64,000 nucleotides of DNA from Catajapyx aquilonaris (lineage: Eukaryota). The notes beneath the pieces were generated by a model, which ran no database searches, had not been told where the DNA came from, and was given only the letters and a program-made list of their open reading frames with translations. This document shows, in pieces, positions 25,101-39,467 of the stretch. The translations under genes were made by a program, and so were the position numbers. The stretch spans positions 1-64,000 of the forward strand of contig JYFJ02001227.1 in the NCBI GenBank assembly GCA_000934665.2, in the 5' to 3' direction. Within the stretch, counting starts at the first letter, position 1. Each line of letters starts with the position of its first letter.

Positions 25101-27155
25101 CATAATGAGAGTGCCAAAAGCACTATCGTCCATTGTTTTCCAGTACAAGGATAGCTTAATTAATGCGACATGCTATTTATATGCCGCACCAGCAGCGTTT
25201 ACATGACACAGACCAAGGCGACGAATACAGTGTTAAATCGCCATAGTCCAAAGAGCTTTGAAGTTGGGCGACGTTGCGATGCGAAATTGATATCAGGTGA
25301 GTGGGTAGCCCCATGATTTTAACGAGCAATTTTTGAAACAAGTTTTTCCCCCAAAAGTATTGTGATGCACCCCTCTTACCCCCTCCTGTAATTATCATTC
25401 CTAACGAAGTAAACGCTGCGGATTCGGAGCAAAGAAGATAAAATTCGGCTGCAATTAAATGAGCTGGCAGGAATCCAGTGGCTTTCTCGCTCGCCTCATT
25501 TGAATGGAAATAAGGAGACAATCAGGGGGAGATAATGTCGTTTATTATCTCTGCCCATTACCCGAAACAAACTCAATATATTGAGGAAAAGCCTCGGCGA
25601 GTTTGCTTGATTGAGACCGCACCAGTAGGATTATTTTTCGCACTCTATTTATCATGCGGGGAGAGTAATTCAATATGGCACATTCTAGCGGGATAAGAGT
25701 GTAATGCGAATCAAGTGTTTAGACACGCTTTTTCTGATTAATTAATCGCGTCCATTATGAGAGCCGTGATCATCTGGAGTCGAGTTTCACCGATACCCAA
25801 TTCGACCTGAAAGTAATCCTCTTTGCAGCAAGGGCGGCGATATCATAAGCTGCTGCAGCTTTTAAAGTGCCAAAGAGAGGGAAGATGAGGCTTAGTTGAT
25901 AATAAAGGAGTCGGCAGCGTTTCGCTAGGGATGATGATTAAGTCATGTAAAAGTTGAAAGGAGTGACTGCTGCCAGTCTCTCTTCAACTCATCCTAAATC
26001 CACAGGGCTAGCTAGGACTGCCTGGGGATACAGCTGTACCCTTCAATACTTAAATTCAAGTACGGGTGTAAAATGGCTCCTACAGCTGCCGTAGACTAGC
26101 AAATAGCATTTCCTTGTTAGGCAAGCTGCGGTCTTCAACTCGATTTCATGCTGGTGAGAAATATGCGATCTGACGCCATGGCCTTGACATTTAAGATTCT
26201 AGTGTCCAATAGTGAACCAAGCGGATGGGTTTCACTTTTCAATTAGCATTGAAAGGACCTGATTTTTTGCTAGTTATCCTAGGCCACCCGCACCATCCCG
26301 CCATGACTAGGAAATCCAACTCTTGGCTGGATGGTGTGGGTGGCCTACATTACAGTATAAACCTGATTCAGGTATGGTACCCTGATTGTTCTGGCGATTG
26401 CACGGTCACACTGGTGCCCATTATACCCTTCCTCATTCGGTCCATGGTTTTCGCGCCTCGCCATCTTGCGAACAATGCGTGTCCTCGTGCCTCCATCTCT
26501 CAATTCATGCCGGACACTGCTTTGGGGAGAAGCAAGATAATGGTGGCTGGAATTCAATTTGTCTGATACCACATGGGGGTTTGGAGGGTGGTTTCGACAT
26601 TCTCAGCATGGCGGCAGGTCGTCTCTTTCCTGTCACGATCTTCACGGAAAGCTCTCCGCGTCACTCAAAATCTCCCCCCTTCACCCCCTACCCCCAACTC
26701 CTCCCTCCCTCCACCTTTTCGCTTGGCTGCGCTGGATTTAGCGATAAAACGAGTGCTTCGCCCAAGTAGAATCCAGTTGAAATGCAAGGGCACACGCCGG
26801 ATATATTCATTCGAGGCAGGCACTTGTTGGGGACCCACACCAATGCGATCAGTTCTTGGGGGAGAAGGGGCAGGGGTACGCTGCCTGTAGGTAACAATCT
26901 CTATATTATTTTGTTTCTTGACACAGTTCAAGTGGTTGGAAAGTAGTTCGAATCACTGGGATGGTAAAAAATGAATTCTGTCTACTGTCAGCAGAAATGG
27001 AGTCGGAGAAATTTGCGGAAAAATGGGACCCCATTTTTGCTCAAAATATTCAAAATTTTCAAAATTTTCTGATTCAATATTAAAGCGTTCATGAGGAGGT
27101 CGGTTTAAGATATGAAAAAAGTGTCATATTGTCGCGTTTATTTTGTTAAAACGAA

Positions 27156-27782
27156 TAGTAAAACTTCTATAAGTCGAATTTCCCTACGTCGAAGAAAATG
27201 ATCAGCTTGGTTGGTCACAATGTAAAATAATAGGAAATAAACTTTCCTAACTCGAATTTCTATAACTCGAAGTGCAGGCAGGGCCTTACGATGGGATATT
27301 GAGGCATTTTCAGTCTCCTTAAGTCGAAGTTTATGTTGGCGAGTACGGAAAATTTTCTCATTTCTCACCCGAAGGGTCGAGAGTAGGCCACATGTACAGA
27401 AAGGCTCTTTCCTGATCTTTGTCTACCAGTAATGACTAATGCCATGGAATAGTGTCAAGTCTTCGTGTGTGGCTGGAATTCCGACCAGACGTACCGTACC
27501 GAAAGAAGTGTTTGACTCGATTGTGACAATATAATTATATTGAATCCTTTATTAAGAGTAAGAGCCTGTCTAATAGAGTAGGAAAATGTCCATATCGGAG
27601 TTTCTTTTACAACAAAACAATGAGGAACATTGTAGTGTGATAGTGACAGTTATTTTTAACTTTTGAACACCTTAGGCTTCCTTATGTGCTTAAAAATTCC
27701 AAACTTCTCTAACTTGAATCTTCTACCTGTATAACTGGAGGTTTTTGTCCGGTCCCATGGAGATTCTACGGACGTTTTACTG
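27156..27782 (+). mobile_element. pogo/Tigger-type MITE family A, copy 2
   Basis: TAGTAAAACTTCTATAAGTCGAA...GTTTTACTG|TA. Aligns by eye along its whole length with 18196-18799. Confidence 0.9.
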
Positions 27783-30294
27783 TAATATTTCCTCATTCAA
27801 TGCAGATCAAGCACTTGCTGTTTTGAGAGTGTGATGGCTAATATGCGCAGCACATCATGAACGCGATAATGTCAGCCTATACAAGTGAAATACACCAAGT
27901 CCAAAAATCCAGTTCTGAGATAACCGAAAACAAAAAAAAACCTTACATGTGCTTGGTGGCTTCCTGGCTTCCTGCCTCTATACGAATCATTAAGACTAAA
28001 TTGACTAAATGGAGAGAGAGCATCAGAAATGGTAATTAGTGGTGTAAATAACTCAAAACGAGCAAAATAATTGGACTTGGTAGATTTCACTGCTATATTT
28101 CTAAGTTATTTAAGTCCATCTAAATTGAATGTCTGATACTTGTCACGGTCAAGATTAATGTCATTTGAAGGCTGAACATCATAACACATAATACAACATG
28201 ACCGTGGTCCATCGAAAGGATTGTCAGCAAAAGAATGCTCATGGCTTGTCAGCCACTTCTCTTTCATCCTGACTGCTACGCAACAGCACCCTTGTATCAT
28301 GTGAGACATAACCTGCAGGAGCAAGAAGAAGGTCCCTATCCATATATACCCTACATAAGGCACAAGGTACTGAAGGTAGTGGCGGTAAAGTCTCAAACTT
28401 ACTGTGTTGAGAGACTTGACATTATCATAGTGTAGCTTAGTCCATAAACAGTAAATTGACCATACCGGTCTAATTTCATCAGCAGTATGTCCTCCATATA
28501 AAATGACGAGAAATATGAATCTCCAAATGGCTGTCATGAACCGCCTATAATAATAATAATGCAAGTGTTAGCTTGTGGTTGGCCTTTTAATGCCACATGC
28601 AAAAACCTAGGTATGCTAATTTTGAGTTTTCCTTTTTAATCTCAGTAGTCTATATTTTTTCTCACCTATACTCTAGGTACTGTACTCGTACATTCTAACG
28701 ACTTGCATTGCAGGCCCACAGAGCTGTTTCAGGCAACAACAGACCAAGACATATCAAGCCAGTTTCCCGTCTCCTGAATTACTTACACCTACGTGAGTTA
28801 TTTTGTAATAACCAGTAATAAGCGAGAATGGAGCTGAGGACACATTATGTGACACCCTGACAAATATATTATAACGATGCCTATGGAGAAAGCAATATAA
28901 GCATTCGCTTTAAGATGCGGCACATACAACAAAAGATGGCTGAATGAAGCACGTTAATAAAATTCCTGTCTGTTATACGAGACTCCAGGTTATTGCTCTC
29001 AGCTGACTGAGTAATGCAATAATTTATTAACAGGACAACTGTCATTACAGTCAACGTAATACAGTACCTGTAGTCTGGGACCTACGTTTTTGTTGAGTTT
29101 TGTTAAATTAAACATAGGCCTCTGAACTTCGGGACAATGGCCTATCGGGCTCTTGAAAAATTGCAATTTTGCATCTTAGCTTACAGTTCCGAATGTAATG
29201 AGATCTTTGAAAATACGACCAAATGAGAAATAGAGAATTCAGTAATCGAGGTAAATCAACTCTTGACCTGGTATTGGTTTGTCATCTTTATCTGCAGGGT
29301 TACTTATCTATTGAGTCTACTGTGGGGTAAAATGGGTTAGACAGTCCAATGGCAATACAATTGAAATGGTTTATAGCAGAGCAGCATTCCTTTCCGTCTG
29401 AAGTACGTTCCCAGGCAACATATTGCCTTCGGATGCTTTCTAGGTAATGTTATTTATTTTTCCTTCGAATCCCGTAATTAGACGGCAAGAATACCTGCTG
29501 TCCGTAGTTAAAAATACATATTGTGAACAGTGAGAACAATGCATATGATTTTTTGAAGTGTTATACGCCGCGCTCTAGCACTATAGAGCTGAAGTTTATT
29601 ATGTGACAGATGTATTGGAATGGGAATTTAGAACATTATTTCAGATAATCGATCAGCGTCCATTATATTGTATAACGATACAATAAGGTAACTTGTTTCT
29701 CACGTCGCGTCGGTTGTGACGACAACAAACGACATCCCTACATAAAGTGATCTTCTAATCCCAGGATTTCACCCTAGAAGTTTATCAAAATCATTTTGAA
29801 ACACCCTGTACACACAGAGAGAAATGAACATCCGGTACGCTATAGAAACCCGATAAAAAGGAGGATCAGGAGTTATTTTTCCTGTATAATATGTGCACGG
29901 AAGTATTATTTTGTGCTCTGTCGGTCTATGTGGCATAAAACCCCTACATGATGGTCCATCGCAACACCACACCAACTGTAGGCCTACTGTTCCAGAATAA
30001 TGTATTCTGAAACACTCTATCGACTTAAAAAATAATCTCTTTTTAAGACGTTGATCTCATTCACCTCAGCAGTCGGTCGTCCATCTCCATAATCGCTTTG
30101 TTACATTGCAAGTGGTGCAATTTTCACAGCGCAACAGCGTTGAATAAGCAGATTCTTTGTGGGCTGAATAAATAACGCTTCTGCTTTAGCGTGAAGCTGC
30201 AGTTTTCCGAAGAATCATGAATAATTTCTACCCCCAACACCACACCCTCCTTGCCTCCAGGTTATTTATACGTGGAAAGAAGTAATCTTTGCAA

Positions 30295-30460
30295 TAATGG
30301 TGTAGTGTTGAGAGCAACAACCTTCCACCTGTGAGGTTCCGCATTCGATCCCAGTGTCGGGCAGATGATTTTCTTATGTATACATGGAGAGTTTTCATGG
30401 GTTCATTTAGCGTGGGGTTTTTCGAGGTTCTCTCGTTTCTACTCTGAATCAAAATCCACC
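30295..30460 (+). mobile_element. Degenerate tRNA-derived SINE
   Basis: A-box-like TGGTGTAGTGTT (30298) and B-box-like ATTCGATCCC (about 30343), followed by GTGGGGTTTTTCGAGGTTCTCTCGTTTCT, which resembles the V-type SINE core. Confidence 0.5.
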
Positions 30461-33339
30461 AGCAGGGTTAGAGCTTTAATAAGTCGGGAATTGAAAAGAA
30501 AGTTCCCTAAGAGGCCCCAGTAGGCCATTTATTCTCGGGGTATCTAAAAAGTAATCCTTGCAGAAAGTCAAGGTTTTAGGTTGCTTCTGTCGTTACAAAT
30601 CACAATTACTGCAGCACATTTGTTGGCAAGCGTTCGTTAAGAGGCAGTAATCCATATAAACTTAATGTAGATTCTGGATACATTTATGAAACTGTAGTTT
30701 CTATAGCATTGCATAACGAATAAATTAAGTTGTGCAACCAGTATAAGCTATTTATCTCGGAATATACTGACCAAATAGTACCTATAAGTGCAGCCCAAGT
30801 ATACAGGCACTTTGAAATAGACAATAGCTTGTGTCCTTGTAAGTTGAGTAAAGCTCATCCTTTCGGATCGATTTAGCCATATACCTGTGCCTCCCATGAC
30901 TTTGATCACCTATTATGAATTTTATTTCCTTTTAATATTCAATTGTGATAAACATCAAAATTGTAAATTCTAAAGGGTGTGTTTAAGCCCAGAATATCCG
31001 TGGCAGGAAAAATTTTAACCGTCATGCGTTATAATTTTTTTGTAGTACTATTGATATTTATGACTTTATTTATTTGCTATTTATATTCACTTAACCTAAA
31101 ACAGAAAAAGTCTTTTAACCAAGCTGCAAGCTTCGACTCTATGAGCGTTTATACCAATAAATATTCATTCGAAATGGTATGGATCAAGTGAAGCATCAAT
31201 ATATCAGTAGCGACAAACCCACAAATTGTCGCTTGTCATAGTCAGCAAATCGTTTGTCGAGCTGCAGAGTCACAAGAAGCACTCAATTTAAACGTCCGTT
31301 TCGATCCCGTCAAAAAGGTTAATAAGCTGAAACACTTCACTGTGTCCATTAACTCGAGAACGTACGGCTTCCCCATTATTGCCGCTTCAGAAAACTGCAA
31401 TATCCGGAATTTTCTATATCCGAATAATTGCATACTGAAAAGGCTTCACAATGCTAATCATTTAAAGTAGGACATTCACACTACTCAGCCAACTCTGAGC
31501 ACTGTAATAACGGGTGTAGTCTTAACGCATGCAAGAATCAACAAAAAGGAGACACCTCAGGCTGTCAACTATATGTAGGTAGATGAGTTCCGTCAAAAAA
31601 TGGAGGGCGTTGCAGTATGTACTGTATGCCAATGGCCTTTTTCATCAGCGCGGAGCTCTACGAGACGAGTTCATGTGTAACTGTACGGTATTTCGACGAG
31701 GCGGCAATGAAGATGGAACGTTGTCGAGCTCGGTAAACTTGTAACCTGACTCGTTGGCAAGGTAAGCTTTCGTAATGGATTTTGGGAAATATAGCCTGAG
31801 CAGATATCTATACCACGAAAGGGGATGACGGCAACAACCTTCAGAAAAAAAATGTAGTGCGTAAAAAGCACCCTATTCTTCTCGCATCTTTTGTCCGGAG
31901 GTAAGTGAGAGAACCATAATGACTCTCGTTGCCTCTTGAGCATATAATATGGATCATATAAGGGCACCATTTTGTTATTGACCACCATGAAAATTCGTAA
32001 AAATGGGAAGCCTTCTGATTGGTTGAAAGACGCGTCATATTTCGGTGCTATTTTGATGCAAAAATATGCGATATTGTAATCCAGCCTTTACGTTTCAAAA
32101 TAGAGCTCATTTTTTATATAAAAAAGTTGATTACCGTTCGCTTGTTTGTCTGACTTTTTAATCCGAAGCGGTATAATTTTCATGTCGTGGCTTGACGGAA
32201 ACGGTTTTCATCAATCATGTTTGCCTTGCTGGCTGATTTTTCAGATGACAAGAATCCACGCGCCAACAACCCGCAAATTAAGTCGTCTGATATCAATCTG
32301 TGAGTAGAGGCGTCGCTAATTCTGATAATTGCAGTGGTTTCAATCTGGGATTTGGGGCTGTGCTAGGAGTTCAGGATCAAGTTAAATGAAAGTCATTGCT
32401 CATTAGTATATCGACCCATCGATTTATCTGTTTTGGAGCCCTTTAGCAGTGAAAAAAAATGTCAGCGGATTATTTGCGTATGTAGTCAATTTCTCGGCGA
32501 ACCTAAACACGCGATGGTTATACAGTGTAGCTATAGCTGTTTTAAAGTCAGTCTAATAGGTACGGTATAGCAAAAAATTCTTTGCATGCTATATTGCCTG
32601 AATTATTTATGATGAGGGCTATAAGAAGTGCAGTGTCTATGACTAGTACATGTCTCATTAATATTTTGGTTTAATAAGCCAATATCTCATACTTCATGAA
32701 TTTTAATCGTAGTCTATTGAATGATCGCGTGCAAGCGAAAACACGCAGGGCCTAACCAGACGGAAAGGTTTGAGGAAGAAGCCTGTTTGAATAATGTCAT
32801 TGGTTTACATTGACATGACTGTTTTCAAGCTAAATATCTCACGCTATTCACTAATGCTTCAAAAACTGTGCTAAAATTAACCTGGAATTTACCCTTAAAG
32901 TGTGTTAATCTATTAACAAACACCCTGTACAATATCTCAGCTGCCGGTATGCCATTCTTTCTCTCACGCCTAAAGCTACTGGCTCTCATTAACATACTCT
33001 AAGCCTGTACTGCATAAATAAAGTGCCTGTGTGCCAGAGTGTCTTGTGGCAGCTAAGTCATCAACCTTGGCAAACATCCGGTATATAATGCAAGTTATTT
33101 TGATAATATACAGATGGAAACGTGCAACTTGCAAGGAAAACCCAGCCCTACATGTATCCTCAGGCTCTGCATTCAGAGTAATGTTAAGTAGCTTTCACTT
33201 GCTTTACTTACGTTACAATCATTGCGAGTTACAGTGCAACACCACATTATGATAATACATGACACGAAATAAGTTCAAGCGAGCCATTACACCATGCGAA
33301 TGTTAAAATACCGGATGTTTATATTATTTTATATACATA

Positions 33340-33491
33340 CACGGGGCCGCCATATTGGAAGGAAAATGGCTGACGACACCAAAATACGTCAGGCACTCTT
33401 TTGTGTAGCTGCACATCACATCCCCACAAGAGGTGAGCATGTCAGCCATTTTCATTCCAATATGGCGGCCAGTTTATGCACTTACCCCGTG
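33340..33491. mobile_element. Short palindromic TA-flanked MITE (~152 bp)
   Basis: TA|CACGGGG...CCCCGTG|TA termini. The arms GGCCGCCATATTGGAAGGAAAATGGCTGAC and GTCAGCCATTTTCATTCCAATATGGCGGCC are inverted copies with 1 mismatch. Confidence 0.75.
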
Positions 33492-34497
33492 TATGCACTT
33501 ACCCCACTTCGCCTTACAGTATTTGCTAGGATATTTTAAATCTTGTGTTTGAAGTCCACTCTGTATGGCAACAACACGCGTCTATGACAAATTGATGACA
33601 AATTGTCCATCCATAAATTCACCATAAAAGTTTAAATAATTAGAAAACACCTTGTAGGTTCAGCCTTCGTATAGAAAACAGCTATAAAAACTGCTTATTT
33701 TTGAACTTTTGTTCGTGGAGGGTTATATGGTCAAGATGTCTACAAGTCTGGTTCTTCGCCTCCTGGAGTGTATGAGACCCCTGTCGACTATATTCTAAAA
33801 CTTCGCTGCCAGTGAAAAACAGACTGGTAAAAAACTGGCATAGACATGCTTCCTGCGAGAGCATTGTACCACATTCTTTTTAGACCTTCAAGAGAATGAA
33901 ATTTGAGGCGCTTTCGGTGATAAAGAGTCCTTTGAAGGGACAGTTCAACGAAAAGCACCTCTCAACCCTTTCACCAAGGAAAAAAAATTACATTTGGCAC
34001 ATAATCCCATCTTGGTATTTTGAGGAAGGAAAAAAAAGTAGGATAGCTCGGAAACCTAGACACTGCATTTACATTACGATTCACGAGGTAGCGCTGCCAG
34101 CGGTAGAAAGAAATCCTGGAGATTACGTGTGGAAATAAAATGAGGAAGTAGAATCACCTGGATTTCTCCTTCCTTCTTTATACAAATATAGGTCTAAGCT
34201 CATTTCTTTGAGGAAACTATTCGTGGGTTGGTACTTGAGACAAGTGGAATCAGCAGGATTAGTGCCTGCATACTCAGCGTACTTTTCTTGAAGGTTCTTG
34301 AAACGGGCTCAGAATCGAACGTGACCCCGACTTAATGCGGGCAAGGAAGGACGAGCAGTGTCTAGTGGAGTTTTTTATTGGTTACAAAAATGGACCAAAA
34401 GTCGGATAACCTCGATTTCTTTTTGAAGGCCGCGGAATGACGACAAACCAGGACTCGCCAGCTGCATTGGCAAAACTACGTCCGACATCTGTGTGCC

Positions 34498-34619
<122 letters not shown>

Positions 34620-37600
34620 CTATATCAGTGTTATGGTCTGCTTTTGACATCTAGTCTTGAGAAGAAATTGGAATGGGTCATTACTATGATCAAAATCATT
34701 TACCCTCCGCGGTGTGCGGTTCTGTAGTTTCAGGCTTCACTGTACAGCGAAGTTCTGTGTGGTTAAGTTACGGTATTTTGTAAAAGTCGCCTTCACGCTC
34801 GACGCTACCACACCACCCCCTAGCAACGTGTTGGCAGGACAGTCTGCTTCACTTACAAGTGGCGCTGGAGTTAATTACATGGCACCTGAACGCCATCTGT
34901 TAATAGTTGTTGCGTCCAGTTTTACACCTTAACGCTTGGGTCAACTGTTCTATTGTATTTTCAGAAGGATTCACTGTCTAACACTTCTTAAATGGCTTCC
35001 AGACACAGCTGTAGTTGTTTTATAAGATCAGATAAAAATATAGCCGTTCTAATGGCTCAGGAAAGTCGAAAGCTGGAGAATAATCGGCTGCTAGACGGCT
35101 AGAGCGATCAATAAATAAAATAGCTGCAGTTGCACTACTACTTTTTCCCAAGCAGAAAGAGCTGGAAGTGTACAGTATTCTTTTCCGGTCATGAATATGT
35201 AGGTATGGAAACGTACCTAATGGCTTTCGGAATTAGGTCCCATACAGGCGGATTTTCGCTTCTGGATGTCCATATTTTATGTCGAGAAGAGTTGCGATTA
35301 AGATGACTTGCAATATTCGGGATAGCGAGATACTCCCACTACACAGGATCAAAGAGTTCTTTTTCTCTCCACAGACATGTTCAATGTATAAAAATTGATT
35401 TGGGCCCTTCGCCAGACGGATTTCATTAATGGACAGCAAAGATATGGGTCCCATCACGTTATGCAGTGCAGTATTTGCTTCTTTATTTGCACTGACTGCG
35501 ACGGACAGTCGCGCATGCAGGGTTTTGTATTGCGGGCAAAATATAGAGGAGCCTGCATTTGCTGGACAACTATATTCGGTGACGTTATTAAAAATAGAAA
35601 AAAAGGTACTATATGCTCTGTGTTCCAAAATTTTAGCTGGACACAATATGTACAAAAAAACCTGATTTTTCATCCCTTCCGGCTCATTTTGAACGCAAAT
35701 AGCAGCATACACTCATGTTTTGACTTACTCTGGAAATTAAATTAAGCTGAAAAGCACACCATATAAATTACTAACGTGTTTTAAACACCCGAAAGGGGCC
35801 GGCTTTTGTCCTGGATCGCGTGACGCGGAACGTTCCAGTCGCGCCTCAATGTATAAAGTGCTGTAATTTAGCGGGATTGGATACCTCACGCATAAAAGTG
35901 AATTGTATGTCATTTTCCTTCGCCCATTCATTAGACTGGATTTGTGGCAATGACCTGTGAAATCACGTTATTTTATCCTGTGTGATGGCAATGAAACCAT
36001 GAACACTCATTTGTAGTTTCGCATTTAAACCTCAGCCACAGACCATGGAAGCTCATACGCGGGTTGGACAAGTTATGATCAGTACTTTATTACAGGGACA
36101 CCTAACTTGTTCAATTACAAACTTGGCTGGGGTTTGTGGTTCTGGCGAAACACTGCCTGATAAAATTGTTATATGTTAAGAGGAGAGGGTAATATTAAGC
36201 ATTTTGACTGAACCTGTCGTGATGAACCAAGAATCACTAAATGATACACATTAACCCCTCCCCCAGTCGTCATCTTGAGAAACAAGTGATTAATAGGTCA
36301 CTGAGAAAAGTTCCCCTTCGTTGCTCTCGCCTGATTTGAAGCTTTCAGTATATTATGGTCATCAAGGTTTCCGATGACCTTCCGCCCCAATGTTGAATGA
36401 AAAAACTAAAGCGCGGTGAGCATTTTCACGGATCATAAGCGAAACTGCACCACATTCAGCGGACGATGCGAACTGACAGAAATAAATCTGTATACCAAAC
36501 GGATCATTCATACATCGCCCAATTTGTCAAAGTTGTGTCAAAGGTTTTGACTATATTGATTCTTATGAAATGTGCTCTTCAACGTAGGCCAATGTTCCAT
36601 TGTTTTTCCCTATATCTCCTCTTTGTCTGGGGAATTTCCTCCAGGTATAGTCTCAACTGTGTGTCCGTGGCATATGTATTTCTAAACTGGCTATATGAAA
36701 TTGCTGGGAAAATGTCAGGTGTTTCATGCGTCATTGGTTCTTGTGATTATTCTACACGTCTTTTCCGAAGGTTGAAGGAGAAAAATCCGACCCGCCTTCG
36801 CAATGGAGGTCCACAGTAGGCCTATGCGATTCGCTTTCTGAGCAAGTGGATATTAATAAAACATGAGTAGTTGTTCAGCTGTTCTAACTTATGAAATAAG
36901 CTTTGTCTAATTTAAATTTCACGTAGGAAACTTCTAGGTTTATGCCTTCTCTAGCGTACTTCAAACAAAGCACTTTCATGCTCAATGTCTCTCACGAATT
37001 TTAACATCATAGCAATTGCCGTGATATTTGTCATTTATGGAGAGACTCGAGTTATTATTTGACGTCGTTAAAACTGAAGAAAATTTATCAGAAAAGTTTC
37101 CTTCTCAGAATTTACTTCCCATTTCTGTAACCATAGATCTACGTAGATATACGTGTGACAGAAATATCACATCTTATTTTTTCACAAAATGATTTGAGTT
37201 AACATAACCGAAATATTTCATTGTAATTAGTATGTTATCAATTCACATTTATGATTACAGTGAAATGCATGCTACACTCTTCATCACTGATATTATTTAC
37301 GGTACTTCTGTTATTTTTTGACATTTTTTCAATCTCACACTCAAAGTAACAGCCGCAGACCTTACGTTCCCTTTAGAAAAATTGCTGCTCTTTGACCTCC
37401 TAACACAAAGTTTTATGTAAATATCCCTAAACACCCAGTAAACACTACAATCTACATGTTAATTCGGGACTTACTTTGCAAACATTTATGCCACTCTCAG
37501 ACACATAGGCTACAAATGCAATAACTTGGTAAGTTAGTCGCGAGTGAGCTCTTACGGTCATCATCATCACTACCACAACCAACCAGCCGCCACCACACCA

Positions 37601-38877
37601 CAATATTAGTTATCCAAAATAACTTCTTCTAAATTTTATGAAGCTAATATTTCTTTATGAGTTTTGTTATTTATGTCTTCTGAAATTTTAAAGCATATTT
37701 TAAATGGTTAGCTCACACTGCAGCTCGCTCCCACAGATTGTGAGATGAAACTACAGCAGAAATTCATACCTGTAACGAGGTCTAATTCAATAACTTGGAT
37801 TACTAATGTAGCTAGTAAGTATAAGCTCTAATCACGTTGTCAGTTTATCACGTAGGATTGAGCAAATCGAGTTAATTGCGCCAGTTTCGCATAAATTTTT
37901 TAAACATGCGTGCAAAGGATGAATATTACGCTGCAGCAATTTTGTTTTGCACGTCAGCATATATCTTAATATTGTGCGGAGGTTCACCCAATCCCGGTGG
38001 CATGTTTTGACCGTATCAGCACCATGTGGTACGTGATGTCTGATGAGCTGATTAGCCCCACCCAAATCCCTGCCGCATGAAAAACCTCCCTTCCAAAAGC
38101 CGGATTATTTTGCCAATTTGCCCAATCCATTAATGAATCGATGCAGAAATGCACACACTCTTCAACCTTCCATCTGCACGGAAATGTTGGATTTTCCAAC
38201 TAATACAGTACGAGGTAGTATTCAAAATATTCCGGTATGTGTTGAGCGAGCAACCTTTTGGTCGGACACAGGTATTGTGTTAATACCACCCATGAAATGC
38301 CGAGTGTTTTTGAACTACACTGACGTAGCCACAAGCGTTATAATTATGGGTGAAATACCAATCATGCACCTGTAAAAGACAGATCGGAAAGGTGAGCAAG
38401 TGACCTACGGGAGAGTTAGTTTTCCTATTCGGCCTGCAGAGGTCTCTGAATTGCTTGGATTAGTTAACCGTCGTCATGTATACTGGCTTGGTATGAGCAG
38501 AGTAGATTGTCTGGATACATGGCCGCACAAACGCTGCGGTTTAGAGCCGCACTTAGGAGACTTTGTGCTTTTATCTAGAGGGCGACGAGGATGTGGTTGC
38601 TGGAATTCGATGTATGCATAGGGGAATAAAGTAGGCCAGCTCTATTTTTGCTCTTATAATACAGGTGTGGTGGTCGATTGGAAAGGTTTACTGGGTGGAG
38701 TTAATTATTCAAACTCTATGCTTAAAGGTGGAAGGCTTGATAACTAGGGCCTACATTTGTTGTGGAGGCAGAACATGCTGACATCCACAAGATCTGACGA
38801 AGTTTCATGGAACGATATCATTGTAGAATTTTCATAAATATGTAACAAAAATATTACAAATTTTATGAGCACTCATG

Positions 38878-39467
38878 CAGGGTGTTTCAGAGTCACGGGT
38901 CAAGCGCGCGCGAGGGGGTGGGGAAAAATCGTAGGTGGCGACTACCCGGGTCGGTTTTATAAAACAATTAGAAATACGGCAGTAATCAATTTATTTATTA
39001 CGGCCGTATGGCGTGACGTCACATCCTACTTTCTGTTCGAATCAAGTGGCGCGGACTGACAGGTGCACTAAGTCCTTGAACCTGCTTGAGCAGCTTTTTA
39101 GCCTTGCGGGTTGCACTGAAAAAGGCGCTATGTTATACCGGTAGGGTACTGTACAAAGTAGTGTACTACTGTACAGTGGTGTGTTCAGTACCCTGCCGGT
39201 GTAGCAGGAGAGCGCCTTTTTCAGTGCAACCCGCAAGGCTAAAAAGCTGCTCAAGCAGGTTCAAGGACTTCAAGCAAGCGCACCTGTCAGCCTGCGCCAC
39301 TCGATTCGAACAGAAAGTAGGATGTGACGTCACGCCGTACGGCCGTAATAAATAAATTGATTACTGCCGTATTTCTAATTGTTTTATAAAACCTACCGGG
39401 GTTGTCGCACCTACGATTTTTCCCCACCCTCTCGCGCACGATTGACCCGTAACTCCGAAACACCTTG
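38878..39467. mobile_element. 590-bp foldback (almost fully palindromic) mariner-type MITE
   Basis: The left arm 38878-39151 is the reverse complement of the right arm 39186-39467, with scattered substitutions and small indels. Termini are CAGGGTGTTTC...GAAACACCTTG|TA; the left flank is TG. Confidence 0.92.

Noticed and set aside
26225..26931. Dense overlapping ORFs in a GC-richer block
   Set aside because: Translations in several frames showed no recognisable family; higher GC simply reduces stop frequency.
28106..28564. 152-aa minus-strand ORF and overlapping plus-strand ORFs
   Set aside because: No recognisable motif or exon structure. It could be a decayed viral or TE fragment, but this cannot be supported without a homology search.
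35233..35745. Cluster of overlapping 78-159 aa ORFs
   Set aside because: No recognisable domain or codon bias; lengths are compatible with chance.
39042..39355. Two opposite-strand ORFs with the same N-terminus (MSSFLALRVALKKAL)
   Set aside because: A by-product of the foldback palindrome, with no protein-family features.
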